DNA of 48,734 nucleotides, the filler included, from Sphacelaria rigidula (Eukaryota), in the NCBI GenBank assembly GCA_964200075.2. It is 3 parts of 3 records of this genome, joined end to end, with 100 filler letters (N's around TTAATTAATTAA, not from the genome) between each part and the next. Parts side by side here need not be neighbours in the genome. Positions count along the whole stretch, not along the records: positions 32,560 to 48,734 come from CAXNAA020001455.1; 2 more parts are not named here. The stretch is one strand, 5' to 3'. Below, in pieces: positions 48,651-48,734 of this stretch. Both the position numbers and the translations under genes were made by a program. The notes below the pieces were generated by a model. That model had not been told where the DNA came from. It made no database searches and was given only the letters and a program-made list of their open reading frames with translations. The first letter of the stretch is position 1; the number at the start of each line of letters is the position of its first letter.

Positions 48651-48734
48651 GTCAACAGGGTTGCCAGAAAAATGAAAAGGTATTTTGAAATGAGAATCAA
48701 CCGCTCCCTGGGATTGTGTCCATTTTTCGGATTT

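Overview
Eukaryotic, intron-rich and repeat-dense DNA, most likely from a brown alga or related photosynthetic stramenopile. This is inferred from a bipartite plastid-targeting presequence, a WSC+CAP protein, GT-AG introns and TTAGGG repeats. Two spliced genes can be built by hand on the minus strand with consistent intron phases. (1) A plastid-targeted sirohydrochlorin ferrochelatase (SirB/CbiX family) of 212 aa, in 2 exons (15255-14911 and 4806-4513) separated by a 10.1-kb transposon-filled intron. (2) A 7-exon secreted protein of about 463 aa (40809-34922) with a signal peptide, acidic region, WSC domain, Pro/Thr-rich stalk and CAP/SCP (PR-1-like) domain. Most of the remainder is decayed mobile DNA: Ty1/copia, Ty3/gypsy and Merlin-like remnants, tRNA-derived SINEs, several MITE families with readable TIRs and TSDs (Sola2-like, Ginger-like carrying telomeric repeats, piggyBac-like), hairpins, and two 100-nt assembly gaps with an artificial TTAATTAATTAA linker. 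Nearly all short ORFs in the supplied track are spurious. I found no convincing multi-gene novel system. The best leads are the WSC-CAP architecture, the inverted repeats bracketing sirB exon 1, an intronic miRNA-like hairpin and the telomere-repeat-bearing MITEs.
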